Part shown: piece after piece, positions 7,984-18,365 of the stretch | Position numbering within the stretch: the first letter of the stretch is position 1 | Layout of the letters: the number at the start of each line of letters is the position of its first letter | Assembly: GCA_040387015.1 (NCBI GenBank) | Contig: JAZKEP010000044.1 | Location: 1-62,807, forward strand | DNA from: Bacteroidota bacterium | GTDB lineage: Bacteria > Bacteroidota > Bacteroidia > Chitinophagales > LD1 | Direction of reading: 5' to 3' | DNA: 62,807 nt | Position numbers and translations under genes: made by a program | The notes under the pieces: model-generated | Databases searched by the model: none | The model's input: the letters and a program-made list of their open reading frames with translations, nothing else | Told to the model about the DNA's origin: nothing

Positions 7984-9924
7984 TCATGAAATAAACACAA
8001 AGGCAACAACCAATCCAATCACTCCTACCAAAAACCAAATAGCATACGCCTGCACCTTGCCACTTTGCCACACACTTAACTCATCGCTGCCGTCCTGCGC
8101 AAACATGCCGCCTGCATCTACCAAACCGTTCACCATATTTTTATCAATCCATGCCGCAGGCCTTCCAACCAGGTTAAAGAGGATGCGCTTCGTCACAAAC
8201 AAATACACCTCATCAATATAAAACTTGCGGTAAGCGCCCGCATACAAACCGCGCATAGCATCGGCAACACGCGCGGGCAAAGCACTCTCGCTTTTATACA
8301 TCACCAGCGCAATCAAAATTCCAATCAAGCCAAACGCAACCGGTGCAATGGCCATTTGCAAATGAAACTCGCTGTGCAGCGCTTCGCCATCGCTGCTCAC
8401 AAATTCTCCAAACGGAACAAAGCCCGTTACGATGGCCAGGACACCTAAAATTATCAGCGGCAACTTCATCGTAACTGGTGCTTCACCGTGATGATGTTCA
8501 TCGGCATGTCCGTGAACCACAAAATCTTTCTTCCAGAAAATAGAAAAGTAAAGCCGGAACATATAGAAAGCAGTCAGCCCCGCAGTAAACAGCGCCATGC
8601 CATAAATTAATTTGTTAGAATGAAAAGCAGCGGTGAGAATTTCTTCCTTACTAAAGAAACCACTGAGCGGAGGCACACCGGCAATCGCAAGGCACGCAAT
8701 CAAAAACGTAAGATGCGTCACTGGCATTTTCTTTCGCAGTCCGCCCATGTCGCCCATCTCATTCGAATGCACATAATGAATCACCGCGCCCGCACCGAGG
8801 AACAGCAACGCCTTAAACATGGCGTGTGTAAACAGGTGAAACATCGAAGCGGTAAAACCAAGTCCTTGCTCGCCATCGTAACCGCTCACACCCAACGCAA
8901 ACATCATATAACCGATTTGGCTCATGGTGCTATACGCCAGTACGCGCTTGATATCGGTTTGTGTGCAGGCAATCACTGCGGCAAACAGTGAAGACACCGC
9001 GCCCACATACGCCACCACCTCCAGCGCACCGGGGCACGAAAGCGCAAACACCGGAAACAAACGCGCCACTAAATAAACACCCGCCACCACCATGGTTGCC
9101 GCATGTATCAATGCCGAAACCGGAGTAGGACCTTCCATCGCATCGGGCAGCCAGATGTGCAACGGAAACATGGCGCTCTTTCCCGCACCGCCCATAAACA
9201 CAAGAAGCAATCCCCATGTAAGTGCGCTGATACCAAACAAGCCACCGGTGATAGCAGAATGTAATTGCGGAGAAGAAGAATCAGTCAAGCGTTGAATCAG
9301 AGTTGTGAAGTCAAGCGTCTCTGCATGAAAAGAAAGAATGAGAATGCCAATGAGAAAACCTAAATCGGCAAAGCGCGTAACGATGAATGCTTTTTTAGAA
9401 GCAGCCACCGCACTTGGTTTGTTGAAGTAATAACCGATAAGCAGAAACGATGAAACACCCACCAATTCCCAGAACATGTATATCTGAAAAATATTGGTGG
9501 ACAGCACCAAACCCAACATCGAAAAGGTAAACAGCGATAGGAAAGAATAATAAATAGAGAACCGTTCTTCGCCTTTCATATAGCCAAGCGAATAGATGTG
9601 CACCATCAACGAAACGAAAGTGACCACCACCAACATCATCACCGAAATAGGGTCGAGCAGCAAACCCATATCAATAGAAACACCGGGAGCAAATTGAAGC
9701 CAGGTAAATTTCAGCACTTCAACTTTCTGATAAACGCCATCCACTTTTCCTGAAACAAAAAAATAATTGTAAGCAGTCGACAACGACAACAATGCAGAAC
9801 CGGTTAGCGAAAGTGTGCCGATAATTCCTCCGCTCTTCGCAAAATATTTTTTACCGAACAAACCGAGCACAAGAAAACTTGCCAGTGGCAGAAGAGGAAT
9901 AAGAGCTATGATGATTGGTGACAT
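7984..9924 (-). CDS. nuoL: NADH-quinone oxidoreductase subunit L
   Basis: 646-aa polytopic protein with LHIWLPDAMEGPTPVSALIHAATMVVAGVYLVAR. Confidence 0.9.
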   Translation of the reverse strand: MSPIIIALIPLLPLASFLVLGLFGKKYFAKSGGIIGTLSLTGSALLSLSTAYNYFFVSGKVDGVYQKVEVLKFTWLQFAPGVSIDMGLLLDPISVMMLVVVTFVSLMVHIYSLGYMKGEERFSIYYSFLSLFTFSMLGLVLSTNIFQIYMFWELVGVSSFLLIGYYFNKPSAVAASKKAFIVTRFADLGFLIGILILSFHAETLDFTTLIQRLTDSSSPQLHSAITGGLFGISALTWGLLLVFMGGAGKSAMFPLHIWLPDAMEGPTPVSALIHAATMVVAGVYLVARLFPVFALSCPGALEVVAYVGAVSSLFAAVIACTQTDIKRVLAYSTMSQIGYMMFALGVSGYDGEQGLGFTASMFHLFTHAMFKALLFLGAGAVIHYVHSNEMGDMGGLRKKMPVTHLTFLIACLAIAGVPPLSGFFSKEEILTAAFHSNKLIYGMALFTAGLTAFYMFRLYFSIFWKKDFVVHGHADEHHHGEAPVTMKLPLIILGVLAIVTGFVPFGEFVSSDGEALHSEFHLQMAIAPVAFGLIGILIALVMYKSESALPARVADAMRGLYAGAYRKFYIDEVYLFVTKRILFNLVGRPAAWIDKNMVNGLVDAGGMFAQDGSDELSVWQSGKVQAYAIWFLVGVIGLVVAFVFIS

Positions 9925-9936
9925 TTTCTGTCCGGC

Positions 9937-10248
9937 TTAAAACTTTAATGAATCGGCATCTTCCACATCAATGTTTGAGTGGTCTCTGTAAATATGAATG
10001 ATGATGGCAATCGCCACCGCGGTTTCAGCAGCGGCAATGGCAATAATGAAAATGGTAAAAAACACTCCGTCCAGTTTTCCGCCCCACAAATATTTATTGA
10101 ACGCCACGAAGTTGATGTTCACTGCATTCAGCATCAGCTCGACTGCCATCAACATCGTAATCATATTTCTGCGCGTGAGAAAACCATACACGCCTATAAA
10201 GAAGAGCGCAGTGCTGACAAACAGTAAATGTGGCAATCCTATTTCCAT
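9937..10248 (-). CDS. nuoK: NADH-quinone oxidoreductase subunit K
   Basis: MEIGLPHLLFVSTALFFIGVYGFLTRRNMITMLMAVELMLNAVN. The start at 10248 gives a TGATG overlap with the nuoJ stop. The longer track ORF (to 10290) lies inside nuoJ. Confidence 0.85.
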   Translation of the reverse strand: MEIGLPHLLFVSTALFFIGVYGFLTRRNMITMLMAVELMLNAVNINFVAFNKYLWGGKLDGVFFTIFIIAIAAAETAVAIAIIIHIYRDHSNIDVEDADSLKF

Positions 10249-10763
10249 CAGATTTTTTCGGGGTTTGTTTTCATCGCAATTACAATACATCCAATCATTG
10301 CCGCCAATAGTAAAATCGAAACCACTTCAAACGGCAACACAAAACCGCCTTGATTATAGTTCAGCATTTCTTCGCCAATTCTGCGCACGCTTAATTCGCC
10401 CATCGGTTGGTCGGCATAAAATTCATTCCGCTTAATCACCTTCCAGAACAAAACAAAAGCGAACAAACTCGCCAGCCCTGCAAACAAACTTCGCCTGTAA
10501 GTTGGCTCAGGCAAATCGCTGCCCACACGATGCGTTAAGAAAATGGAGAAGATAATCAGCACGACAATGCCTCCCACATAAACTACAATCTGCACAGCCG
10601 CAATAAATTCAAACTGCAGCCAGAAATACAAGCCTGCAATACCAATCATGCCGAACAACAAATAAATCGCAGAGCGAAATATTTGTCTGGAGCTAACGGC
10701 AAGCGCACCGCTAACTAATATCAGCGTTGCGATTAAATAAAAAATTATGTCCCTAACTTCCAT
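10248..10763 (-). CDS. nuoJ: NADH-quinone oxidoreductase subunit J
   Basis: 171-aa 5-TM protein positioned between nuoI and nuoK. Size and topology fit NuoJ/ND6. Confidence 0.8.
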   Translation of the reverse strand: MEVRDIIFYLIATLILVSGALAVSSRQIFRSAIYLLFGMIGIAGLYFWLQFEFIAAVQIVVYVGGIVVLIIFSIFLTHRVGSDLPEPTYRRSLFAGLASLFAFVLFWKVIKRNEFYADQPMGELSVRRIGEEMLNYNQGGFVLPFEVVSILLLAAMIGCIVIAMKTNPEKI

Positions 10764-10779
10764 TTTCTATTTCTGGTTT

Positions 10780-11250
10780 CTACTCCACTCCCTCCATCAA
10801 TTTACTTCCCGGTGCATTCAGTTTCTTCGTCAATTGATTTCTATCGAACACACTATGCTCAAAACTCTGGGCCATCTTAATCGCATCTGTCGGACAAGCA
10901 ACAATGCATAAGTTACACATGGTGCAAAGTTCGAGGTGATACACAAAAGTGTCGAGTGCTTTTTTCTTTTTGCCATCGGGCTGCACTTCCATCTTCGTAA
11001 CAATCTTGATTGTCGCATTCGGACAAGCCAACTCACAAGCTGTGCAACCGGTGCACCGATGCTCGTTATTTTCATCGTGAATCATTACCACCTCTCCCCG
11101 AAAACGCTCCGGCAATTCCTGCTTTACATCGGGATACTGTTGTGTGATTATCTCTTTATGATTGAAGAAGTAGTAGCCTGTCATCCTCATTCCTTTCAGA
11201 AGTGAGGTGACTGAATTGTAAACCGTTTTCAGGTATTCTGTGATGAACAC
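10780..11250 (-). CDS. nuoI: NADH-quinone oxidoreductase subunit I (2x[4Fe-4S] ferredoxin)
   Basis: Two CxxCxxCxxxCP motifs: CTGCTACELACP and CTMCNLCIVACP. Confidence 0.85.
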   Translation of the reverse strand: MFITEYLKTVYNSVTSLLKGMRMTGYYFFNHKEIITQQYPDVKQELPERFRGEVVMIHDENNEHRCTGCTACELACPNATIKIVTKMEVQPDGKKKKALDTFVYHLELCTMCNLCIVACPTDAIKMAQSFEHSVFDRNQLTKKLNAPGSKLMEGVE

Positions 11251-11385
11251 AGGCTTGGGGTTAGGTTTTGAAATAAGCTATTCCGCTAATGTATAAGAAA
11301 AGGATAAAGAAGATAGTCGTATGTATGAAAATTATTCCAACACAAATTTTAGCATTGTCGGAATATCAGTTACAACGCGGTCGAG

Positions 11386-12462
11386 TTAAAAATTCACACC
11401 GCCTTCTTTCAGTTTCTCGGTTTGTTCAGCAACAGCAAGAGCATCAATCATTTCGCCAATGTTGCCGTCCATAAAAACTGTGAGATTATATATGGAAAGA
11501 TTAATGCGGTGGTCGGTAATTCTTCCCTGAGGATAATTGTAGGTGCGAATTTTTGCCGAACGGTCACCGGTGCTAACAAGTGTTTTTCTGCGCGCTGCAA
11601 TCTCATCTTCATGTTTTCGAACGGCAGATTCATAAATTTTTGTCTTCAACATTTTCATTGCGTGTTCACGGTTCTTATGCTGCGAACGCTCCTGTTGACA
11701 CTCCACGACAGTATTGGTGGGAATGTGCGTTAAACGAACGGCACTCTCTGTTCTGTTTACGTGCTGTCCACCAGCTCCTGACGCGCGAAACACATCCAGC
11801 CTGATATCTGCAGGATTGATGTACACTTCTACTTCATCAGCTTCTGGCAATACTGCAACAGTCACTGCAGAAGTATGCACTCGTCCTTTCGCTTCTGTTT
11901 CAGGAATACGTTGTACACGATGCACACCGCTTTCAAACTTCAATTTGCCGTAAACATTCTCTCCGGTAATTTCCAATACGACTTCTTTATAACCGCCAGC
12001 ACTTCCTTCGCTCGCGCTTGCCATTGCAACCTTCCATCCAAGCGTTTCGCAATAACGAGTGTACATACGAAAAAGGTCTCCGACAAAAATACTTGCCTCA
12101 TCTCCTCCTGTTCCTGCGCGAATTTCAACCAACACATTACGCTCATCTTCGGGTTCTTTAGGAACGAGTAACGTCTTTAGTCCTTCTTCTATTTTCTCTT
12201 TATCGGTTTCTAGTTGCGCTAAATCATTTTTTGCCAAATCGCGAAACTCTTCATCACTCTCAGTAGAAATAATCTGTTTGTTCGTTTCAATATTACCAAG
12301 CACGTTCCGATACTCATCATACAGCTTCACTACTTTCTCCAACTCACGATACTCTTTGTTGAGTTGAGTAAAGCGCTTCATGTCACTCATAGTGCTGGGA
12401 TCACTGAGTGTTTTACCTACTTCAATAAATTTTCCCTTTATATTTTCTAACTGACTAAACAT
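11386..12462 (-). CDS. prfA: peptide chain release factor 1
   Basis: SGAGGQHVNRTESAVRLTHIPT (GGQ motif) and RVQRIPETE (PxT tripeptide position). 358 aa. Confidence 0.9.
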   Translation of the reverse strand: MFSQLENIKGKFIEVGKTLSDPSTMSDMKRFTQLNKEYRELEKVVKLYDEYRNVLGNIETNKQIISTESDEEFRDLAKNDLAQLETDKEKIEEGLKTLLVPKEPEDERNVLVEIRAGTGGDEASIFVGDLFRMYTRYCETLGWKVAMASASEGSAGGYKEVVLEITGENVYGKLKFESGVHRVQRIPETEAKGRVHTSAVTVAVLPEADEVEVYINPADIRLDVFRASGAGGQHVNRTESAVRLTHIPTNTVVECQQERSQHKNREHAMKMLKTKIYESAVRKHEDEIAARRKTLVSTGDRSAKIRTYNYPQGRITDHRINLSIYNLTVFMDGNIGEMIDALAVAEQTEKLKEGGVNF

Positions 12463-12553
12463 TTCTTTTGACTGTGATTTTTCGAGGTGCTAAATTAAAA
12501 ATTAAGAGGAGGGAAGAGGCAATGTCTCTTCTTTAGGAAGTATGAAAGAAACG

Positions 12554-13387
12554 CTAATACTTATAGAAATCGACTTTCTCCTTCTTCAGAATTCCAAGAC
12601 GGTTCTTTTCCAACACAGCCAAAGAGACATCTGTTGTATCGGGAAGGGGAAGTGATTTCAATTCGAGCGTGAGTGGATTATACGAATTGAGTTGATTGTC
12701 TTTGAAAAAAACAATTTCATCCTGCAGTACCTGAAATTTTGTTAGCCCCTTCAACGGGATTGTTTTCGAATAGCTTCCGAAAATGTCAAACACCATAATA
12801 CCGATAGCAGTGTCATTTAAATACACTTTCCGATCGCGCTCAATCATAAAATTTGGATTAGGGGCTTTTTCAAGTAGCACATTTAATTGTTGACTTTCTA
12901 AAAACGTTTTTCCGGATTCATCAATCTTCTTTAGCTTAAAATCAATGTTGTCATAAAACCAGATTCGTCCGTCAGTAGAAGATGATATGGCGGAAATATT
13001 TTGATATCCCAGTTGGAAAAAATTATAGGTATTAATGGGTGCAAGAAATTTGTCTGTGATAACCACAGTCATAAAATCAGGGTAAAACACCAATATCTTC
13101 ATCGGATTGCTTACGTCCAGCATTCCTATTTTGCCATACCTGAACTCTTCATAGCGGTTAAGAAATTTTCCCTCCGGAGAAAACTTTAGAATTCCATTGT
13201 TTGAAGCAGAATAAAAATTGCTGAAATTATCTACGGCAATAATGCTCGCCTTTGTTTCGAAAGTATTAAGAAATGAAAAGGATGTAGTAGAAATAAAAAG
13301 GATACATGACAATAAGCACAAGGCAATAGTCAATACAAATCGCTTTGTATTGGACAGCGAACTACGAACCATGAATTTCCAACTCAT
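12554..13387 (-). CDS. hypothetical membrane-anchored/secreted protein
   Basis: 277-aa ORF with N-terminal hydrophobic segment FVLTIALCLLSCILFI and beta-rich remainder. Has a 4-nt overlap with lpxH upstream. Confidence 0.5.
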   Translation of the reverse strand: MSWKFMVRSSLSNTKRFVLTIALCLLSCILFISTTSFSFLNTFETKASIIAVDNFSNFYSASNNGILKFSPEGKFLNRYEEFRYGKIGMLDVSNPMKILVFYPDFMTVVITDKFLAPINTYNFFQLGYQNISAISSSTDGRIWFYDNIDFKLKKIDESGKTFLESQQLNVLLEKAPNPNFMIERDRKVYLNDTAIGIMVFDIFGSYSKTIPLKGLTKFQVLQDEIVFFKDNQLNSYNPLTLELKSLPLPDTTDVSLAVLEKNRLGILKKEKVDFYKY

Positions 13388-14145
13388 TTCTTATAATATT
13401 TCAGTTCCATTTTTTCTCCATCAAACACAACATAGCTGTTATACTCAAGCCAATCACCAGTGTTCAGATAACGGCTTTTTCCGTTCAATTGTACATCAAG
13501 CGGCAAGTGTCGGTGGCCGAAAACAAAAAAATCGAAATGTTCTTTTTTCAAAATATCTTTCGAAAATTGAACGAGCCATTCTTTGTTTTCATCTCTGAAC
13601 TCTTCAGCATCTTTTCTTTTTCCTTCATTTCCAAATCGGCTTTCGTATGAAAAATAATTGGCAATACGCGCGCCAATATCAGGATGCAGCCAACGAAACA
13701 AAAACTGACAAATAGGATTTGAGAAAACCGCTTTAATAAATTTATATCCATGGTCACCGGGCCCTAAGCCGTCACCATGACCGATGTAAAATTTCTTTCC
13801 GTTGAATTCACGTTGAATCGGCTGCTTGTAAACTTTAGCTCCTAACTCCTTCTCGAGATAACCAAACATCCACAAATCATGATTGCCGGTAAAAATGTGA
13901 ACTGGGATTCCCGCATCGCATAACTCGGCAATCTTTCCCTGCACCCGTACAAAGCCTTTCGGAATTACCGTTTTGTATTCGTGCCAGAAGTCGAAGATGT
14001 CGCCAATGATGAAAATTTCTCTTGCATCCGCTTTAATTTCATCCAGCCATTGAACAAAAAGTTTTTCCCTTTGTAAACTGGAAGCATGGTCGGGCGTACC
14101 GAGGTGAAGATCAGATGCGAAATAGATTTTTCCCGAGGATGACAT
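13384..14145 (-). CDS. lpxH: UDP-2,3-diacylglucosamine diphosphatase (calcineurin-like metallophosphoesterase)
   Basis: Motifs FASDLHLG, IIGDIFDFW, FTGNHDLW, IGHGD and FGHRH. Length is LpxH-like. Confidence 0.75.
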   Translation of the reverse strand: MSSSGKIYFASDLHLGTPDHASSLQREKLFVQWLDEIKADAREIFIIGDIFDFWHEYKTVIPKGFVRVQGKIAELCDAGIPVHIFTGNHDLWMFGYLEKELGAKVYKQPIQREFNGKKFYIGHGDGLGPGDHGYKFIKAVFSNPICQFLFRWLHPDIGARIANYFSYESRFGNEGKRKDAEEFRDENKEWLVQFSKDILKKEHFDFFVFGHRHLPLDVQLNGKSRYLNTGDWLEYNSYVVFDGEKMELKYYKK

Positions 14146-14174
14146 CGGGCTAAAAATAGAATTATTGCGGGAGT

Positions 14175-14981
14175 TTAAGGGCGCAGAGAGGGTGGAATAA
14201 CTTCATCCACGAGGAACACGTAAACATCTTCTGTCCCTTCGCTGTTTAAAATCAACCGTTGCTTATCGTAGAAGTGGCCCTTGTTACAAGAACCGAGTTT
14301 AATGATGGATGGCAATTCACCCTTGTTAAGTGCGGCAAATTTTTCAAGACCTTCTGGTTCACTTCCTGCAAGGTGGGCGATGTCGGTAATTATGATATGC
14401 GTTTTCGGAAAGCAATGTAATCTTCTGCGGGATGCCTGTTTAGGATTTAAGATAATAGTTCCATCATCGGCAATTAAATTTTCGCAGAGAGAAATAGCTG
14501 CGTCTGAATTTTCGATAGTGAACCCTATAGCACCTTTTTGAAAATTACTTTCGCAAAAGGCATCTTTAATTTCATTTTCCCAGCAGAAAACATGTGACCA
14601 TTTGTTTTCCAGTTTTAGCATCCGCACATTTTCAATCGCAGCTTTCATGCTCTCACAAAAAACAAACTTACCTCCCGCAGAAATAAATTTTGTAGCAAAG
14701 CGGATATCTAAGTCTTTTTCATTGGGCAAAGTATATGTGGGTGCCGTTACCGGCACTGTCCGCAATGAAATTTCATTTTCGGTTACGCTTATATCACTCA
14801 CCCGCGATGTGTAATTGAATCCTATAGTAGCAGGGGTTTCCTTCCCAGTGTTTGTTCCTATAGTCCTTCCGACAAACAAAGGAGGGTGATTAACTTCCTC
14901 ACCGCCACCTGATTTTTCCGAATACGAAAAAACATTCTTCATCTTATTAAAAAATCCAACTCGGTGTTGCTCAGAGTGCAT
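14175..14981 (-). CDS. LUD domain (LutC/YkgG-like) protein
   Basis: C-terminal region ISLCENLIADDGTIILNPKQASRRRLHCFPKTHIIIT resembles the LUD family core. The N-terminal extension is uncharacterised. Confidence 0.5.
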   Translation of the reverse strand: MHSEQHRVGFFNKMKNVFSYSEKSGGGEEVNHPPLFVGRTIGTNTGKETPATIGFNYTSRVSDISVTENEISLRTVPVTAPTYTLPNEKDLDIRFATKFISAGGKFVFCESMKAAIENVRMLKLENKWSHVFCWENEIKDAFCESNFQKGAIGFTIENSDAAISLCENLIADDGTIILNPKQASRRRLHCFPKTHIIITDIAHLAGSEPEGLEKFAALNKGELPSIIKLGSCNKGHFYDKQRLILNSEGTEDVYVFLVDEVIPPSLRP

Positions 14982-15054
14982 AGCGGAAATGTTTGTTTCG
15001 ATAAAACGTTCTATCGAAATCCAAAGGTAATACCGCTAGGGGTGAATGGAAGTT

Positions 15055-17100
15055 TTACGCGTGAGTATTCTCAACAGCAGAATTTTCAACGTCTGTGTTT
15101 TTAGACACGCTTGAAATTTCATTATCATTTATTGCTGGTTCGGGTTCCTGTTTATCAAAGGGGCGTTTGCCGATAAGTGTTTCCAAATCGTCTTTAAAGA
15201 GAACTTCTTTCTCTAATAAAAGTGAAGCTAAGGCGTCCAGTTCTTTTCTTTTCTCACGAAGAAGATTTTGCGCGCGGACATATTGTAATTCAATAATTTT
15301 TCTCGCTTCAACATCAATCATCTTAGAAGTTTCTTCGCTAAACGGTTTGCTGAATGAATTTTGATTTTGCATGTCATAGAACGAAACATTTCCCACTTTA
15401 TCATTCATACCAAAAATGGAAACCATGGCATACGCCACTTTTGTAACATGATCTAAATCATTTTGTGCGCCCGTAGAAATTTCGTCAAAAACAATTCTTT
15501 CAGCAGCTCTACCACCAAGCGTCATACACATACGATCAAGCATTTCATTTTCTCGCTCAATGTATTTTTCTTTAGGAAGATATTGCGCATAACCGAGTGC
15601 GGCAACACCACGAGGAATGATAGAAACTTTTAAAAGCGGATGTGCGTTTTCTAAGAACCAACCGCACACGGCATGGCCTGCCTCGTGATAAGCGATAATT
15701 TTTTTCTCCTCAGGAGAGATGATTTTATTCTTCTTTTCTAATCCACCAATTGCACGATCTATAGCATCATTAAAATCCTGCATATCAATTTCGGCTTTAT
15801 CCTGACGCGCAGCAATCAACGCAGCCTCATTGCAGATATTTGCAATATCTGCACCAACAAAACCAGGGGTAAGAGCAGCCAATTTTGTAACGCTTACTAC
15901 TGAACCTATCTTAATTGATTTCAAGTGCACTTTAAAAATTTGCTCGCGCCCCTTTAAATCAGGCTTGTCAATAGAAATTTGTCTATCGAATCTTCCAGGA
16001 CGAAGGAGGGCTGCATCTAATACATCGGGGCGGTTGGTAGCAGCAACAATAATTACTCCTTTCTCTGAGCTAAAACCATCCATCTCTACTAGCAACTGAT
16101 TCAATGTGTTTTCTCTTTCATCATTTCCCTGTACCAAATTTTTTCCGCGTGAGCGACCGATAGCATCAATCTCATCAATAAAAATTATACAGGGTGCTTT
16201 CTCTCTTGCCTGACGGAATAAATCACGCACACGAGATGCACCTACACCAACAAACATTTCTACGAAATCAGAGCCGCTGATGCTGAAGAAAGGAACCTGC
16301 GCTTCACCTGCCATTGCTTTAGCAATCAGTGTTTTTCCGGTTCCCGGAGGACCAATCAATAAAGCTCCTTTCGGAATTTTACCACCGAGAACGGTATATT
16401 TTTTGGGATTCTTTAAGAAGTTTACAATTTCCTGCACTTCTACTTTTGCCTCATCCAATCCTGCAACATCATCAAATGTGATATTGATTTTTTCATCCTT
16501 ATCAAAAAGAATGGCTTTCGATTTTCCTACGTTGAAGATATTTCCCCCGGGGCCACCGATACCACCACCGCCTGATCTGCGGAGCATGAAAACCCAGAAG
16601 CCTATTAATAAAACAATAGGAAGCAGCCAAGGCAAAGTATCGCGTACCCAATCCTGACGGGTTTCAAATTTTACGTTAACAGGGGCGAGTTCCGGCTTAT
16701 CCTTATAGAAACCATCTATTTGATCCTGAAATTTATCGGCTGATGCTACCGTGAAAAAGTAGTGCGGCCCTTTATTGACAGTACCGAAACGGTTGCGTGC
16801 TATCTTGCTGAATTTCTCTTTGTTCAACGAAGAGTCTTTCAGAAAGATTTCAGCAGCTTTCTGATTTACAATAATGATTTTATCTACATCGCCATCGTTA
16901 AGCCATTGACGAAGTTCGGTCATGTTGCTTTCCTTGGCGTTATCCTGAAAGAAGGAAAGATTGAATGAAATAATGATGAATGCGAAAATGATGGCGTATA
17001 CCCAGAAGTAGTTAAACTTCGGTCCATCCTCTAATAATTTCTTAGGGTTTAGCTTTTTGTCTTTCTTGTTATTCGTATTCTTTTTCTCCGGTGTTTCCAT
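15055..17100 (-). CDS. ftsH: ATP-dependent zinc metalloprotease FtsH
   Basis: Walker A GPPGTGKT, an AAA module, and the zinc site HEAGHA. N-terminal TM pair. Confidence 0.95.
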   Translation of the reverse strand: METPEKKNTNNKKDKKLNPKKLLEDGPKFNYFWVYAIIFAFIIISFNLSFFQDNAKESNMTELRQWLNDGDVDKIIIVNQKAAEIFLKDSSLNKEKFSKIARNRFGTVNKGPHYFFTVASADKFQDQIDGFYKDKPELAPVNVKFETRQDWVRDTLPWLLPIVLLIGFWVFMLRRSGGGGIGGPGGNIFNVGKSKAILFDKDEKINITFDDVAGLDEAKVEVQEIVNFLKNPKKYTVLGGKIPKGALLIGPPGTGKTLIAKAMAGEAQVPFFSISGSDFVEMFVGVGASRVRDLFRQAREKAPCIIFIDEIDAIGRSRGKNLVQGNDERENTLNQLLVEMDGFSSEKGVIIVAATNRPDVLDAALLRPGRFDRQISIDKPDLKGREQIFKVHLKSIKIGSVVSVTKLAALTPGFVGADIANICNEAALIAARQDKAEIDMQDFNDAIDRAIGGLEKKNKIISPEEKKIIAYHEAGHAVCGWFLENAHPLLKVSIIPRGVAALGYAQYLPKEKYIERENEMLDRMCMTLGGRAAERIVFDEISTGAQNDLDHVTKVAYAMVSIFGMNDKVGNVSFYDMQNQNSFSKPFSEETSKMIDVEARKIIELQYVRAQNLLREKRKELDALASLLLEKEVLFKDDLETLIGKRPFDKQEPEPAINDNEISSVSKNTDVENSAVENTHA

Positions 17101-17175
17101 TTTTGTTTTTTAATGTCTCCTTCTGACGTTTCTTCTTTTTGTTTATTGTAATCTATTCACCTACTATTAATGTTC

Positions 17176-17535
17176 TCAGTTGTATTTCTCCAGTGTGGCA
17201 TCGTTCCACAATTCTTCGAGTGCGTAGTAATCTCTTTTGTCGCGATAAAAAATATGCACTACCACATCCACAAAATCTATAATAATCCATTCTCCGTTTT
17301 TGCCTCCTTCGGTATGGTAAGGCGTAAAACCATGTTTGGTAGTTTCGTCTATTACATGATTGGAGATAGCCCTTACCTGTGTGCTCGAATCACCATGCGT
17401 AATGATGAAAAAATCAGAAGAACTATCTTTTATCTTTTGAAGGTCGAGGCTGACTACATCGTTGCCTTTCTTGTCCAATATTGAATCAATCACTAACCGC
17501 TTTAAACTTTCTGTCCCTGATTTCTTTTTCGCCAA
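17176..17535 (-). CDS. rsfS: ribosome silencing factor
   Basis: 119 aa with WIIIDFVDVVVHIFYRDKRDYYALEELW, typical of RsfS/iojap. Confidence 0.8.
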   Translation of the reverse strand: MAKKKSGTESLKRLVIDSILDKKGNDVVSLDLQKIKDSSSDFFIITHGDSSTQVRAISNHVIDETTKHGFTPYHTEGGKNGEWIIIDFVDVVVHIFYRDKRDYYALEELWNDATLEKYN

Positions 17536-17609
17536 GCGCCTAGATTTTGTTGATAAAAAACTCTATCAATACTTCTCAAAAGTAATTAGTTTTCGAAAAC
17601 AGAAAAGTA

Positions 17610-18365
17610 ATGCCTATGAACCCCCTTTTTACAGGCAGTAATGTCATCGAATTAGAGACGGTTGACTCCACAAACAATTTTGCAAAAGATTTGTTGCAGC
17701 GCGAAAAACCAACGGAGGGAACGATCATTTATGCGCATGAACAGTCTCTTGGCAGAGGGCAAATGGGAAACATGTGGAAGAGCGAAAAGGAGAAGAACCT
17801 TACGCTGAGTATTATTCTGTACCCGCAGTTTTTAGATGCCGACAAACAGTTTTTTCTGAACATGGCAGTGTCGCTTGCGGTTAAGGATTTTTGTGAATCA
17901 GTTTTGGGCGAAGAAATAAAGATTAAGTGGCCTAATGATATTTATCATCATAACGATAAACTGGGCGGAATCCTGATTGAAAACACAATCATCGGAAGCA
18001 GAGTTACTTCATCGATAGTGGGCATTGGCATTAATGTGAACCAGCAGGATTTTGAAAAGGATATTCCAAACGCCACTTCTTTCAATTTGATTGCCGGCAA
18101 AGAATACCAGTTGAAGAGTCTAATCGAATTGCTTTCTTCTTTTATCGAAAAATATTATTTGCAGTTGAGGCAACTGCACTTTAATTTTTTGGATAAAGCA
18201 TATGTGGAAGCTCTTTATCGCTATCAGCAAACATTTGCCTTCAAAAAAGGTGCACAAACTTTCAGAGGCGAAATAAACGGAGTAACCAAAGAAGGCAAAC
18301 TGATTATTCATTGCAACGGAAAAGAGCAACGATATAGTTTTAAAGAAGTGGAGTATGTAATTTGA
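17610..18365 (+). CDS. birA: biotin--[acetyl-CoA-carboxylase] ligase (no N-terminal HTH)
   Basis: GRGQMGNMWKS (GRGRxGRxW-type motif) and WPNDIY. 251 aa. Confidence 0.8.
   Translation: MPMNPLFTGSNVIELETVDSTNNFAKDLLQREKPTEGTIIYAHEQSLGRGQMGNMWKSEKEKNLTLSIILYPQFLDADKQFFLNMAVSLAVKDFCESVLGEEIKIKWPNDIYHHNDKLGGILIENTIIGSRVTSSIVGIGINVNQQDFEKDIPNATSFNLIAGKEYQLKSLIELLSSFIEKYYLQLRQLHFNFLDKAYVEALYRYQQTFAFKKGAQTFRGEINGVTKEGKLIIHCNGKEQRYSFKEVEYVI

Noticed and set aside
11386-12462. Checked the release factor gene for a programmed frameshift and an unusual recognition tripeptide (PET).
   Set aside because: The gene is a single uninterrupted RF1-type ORF. Programmed +1 frameshifting belongs to prfB (RF2), and the PxT middle residue is variable.
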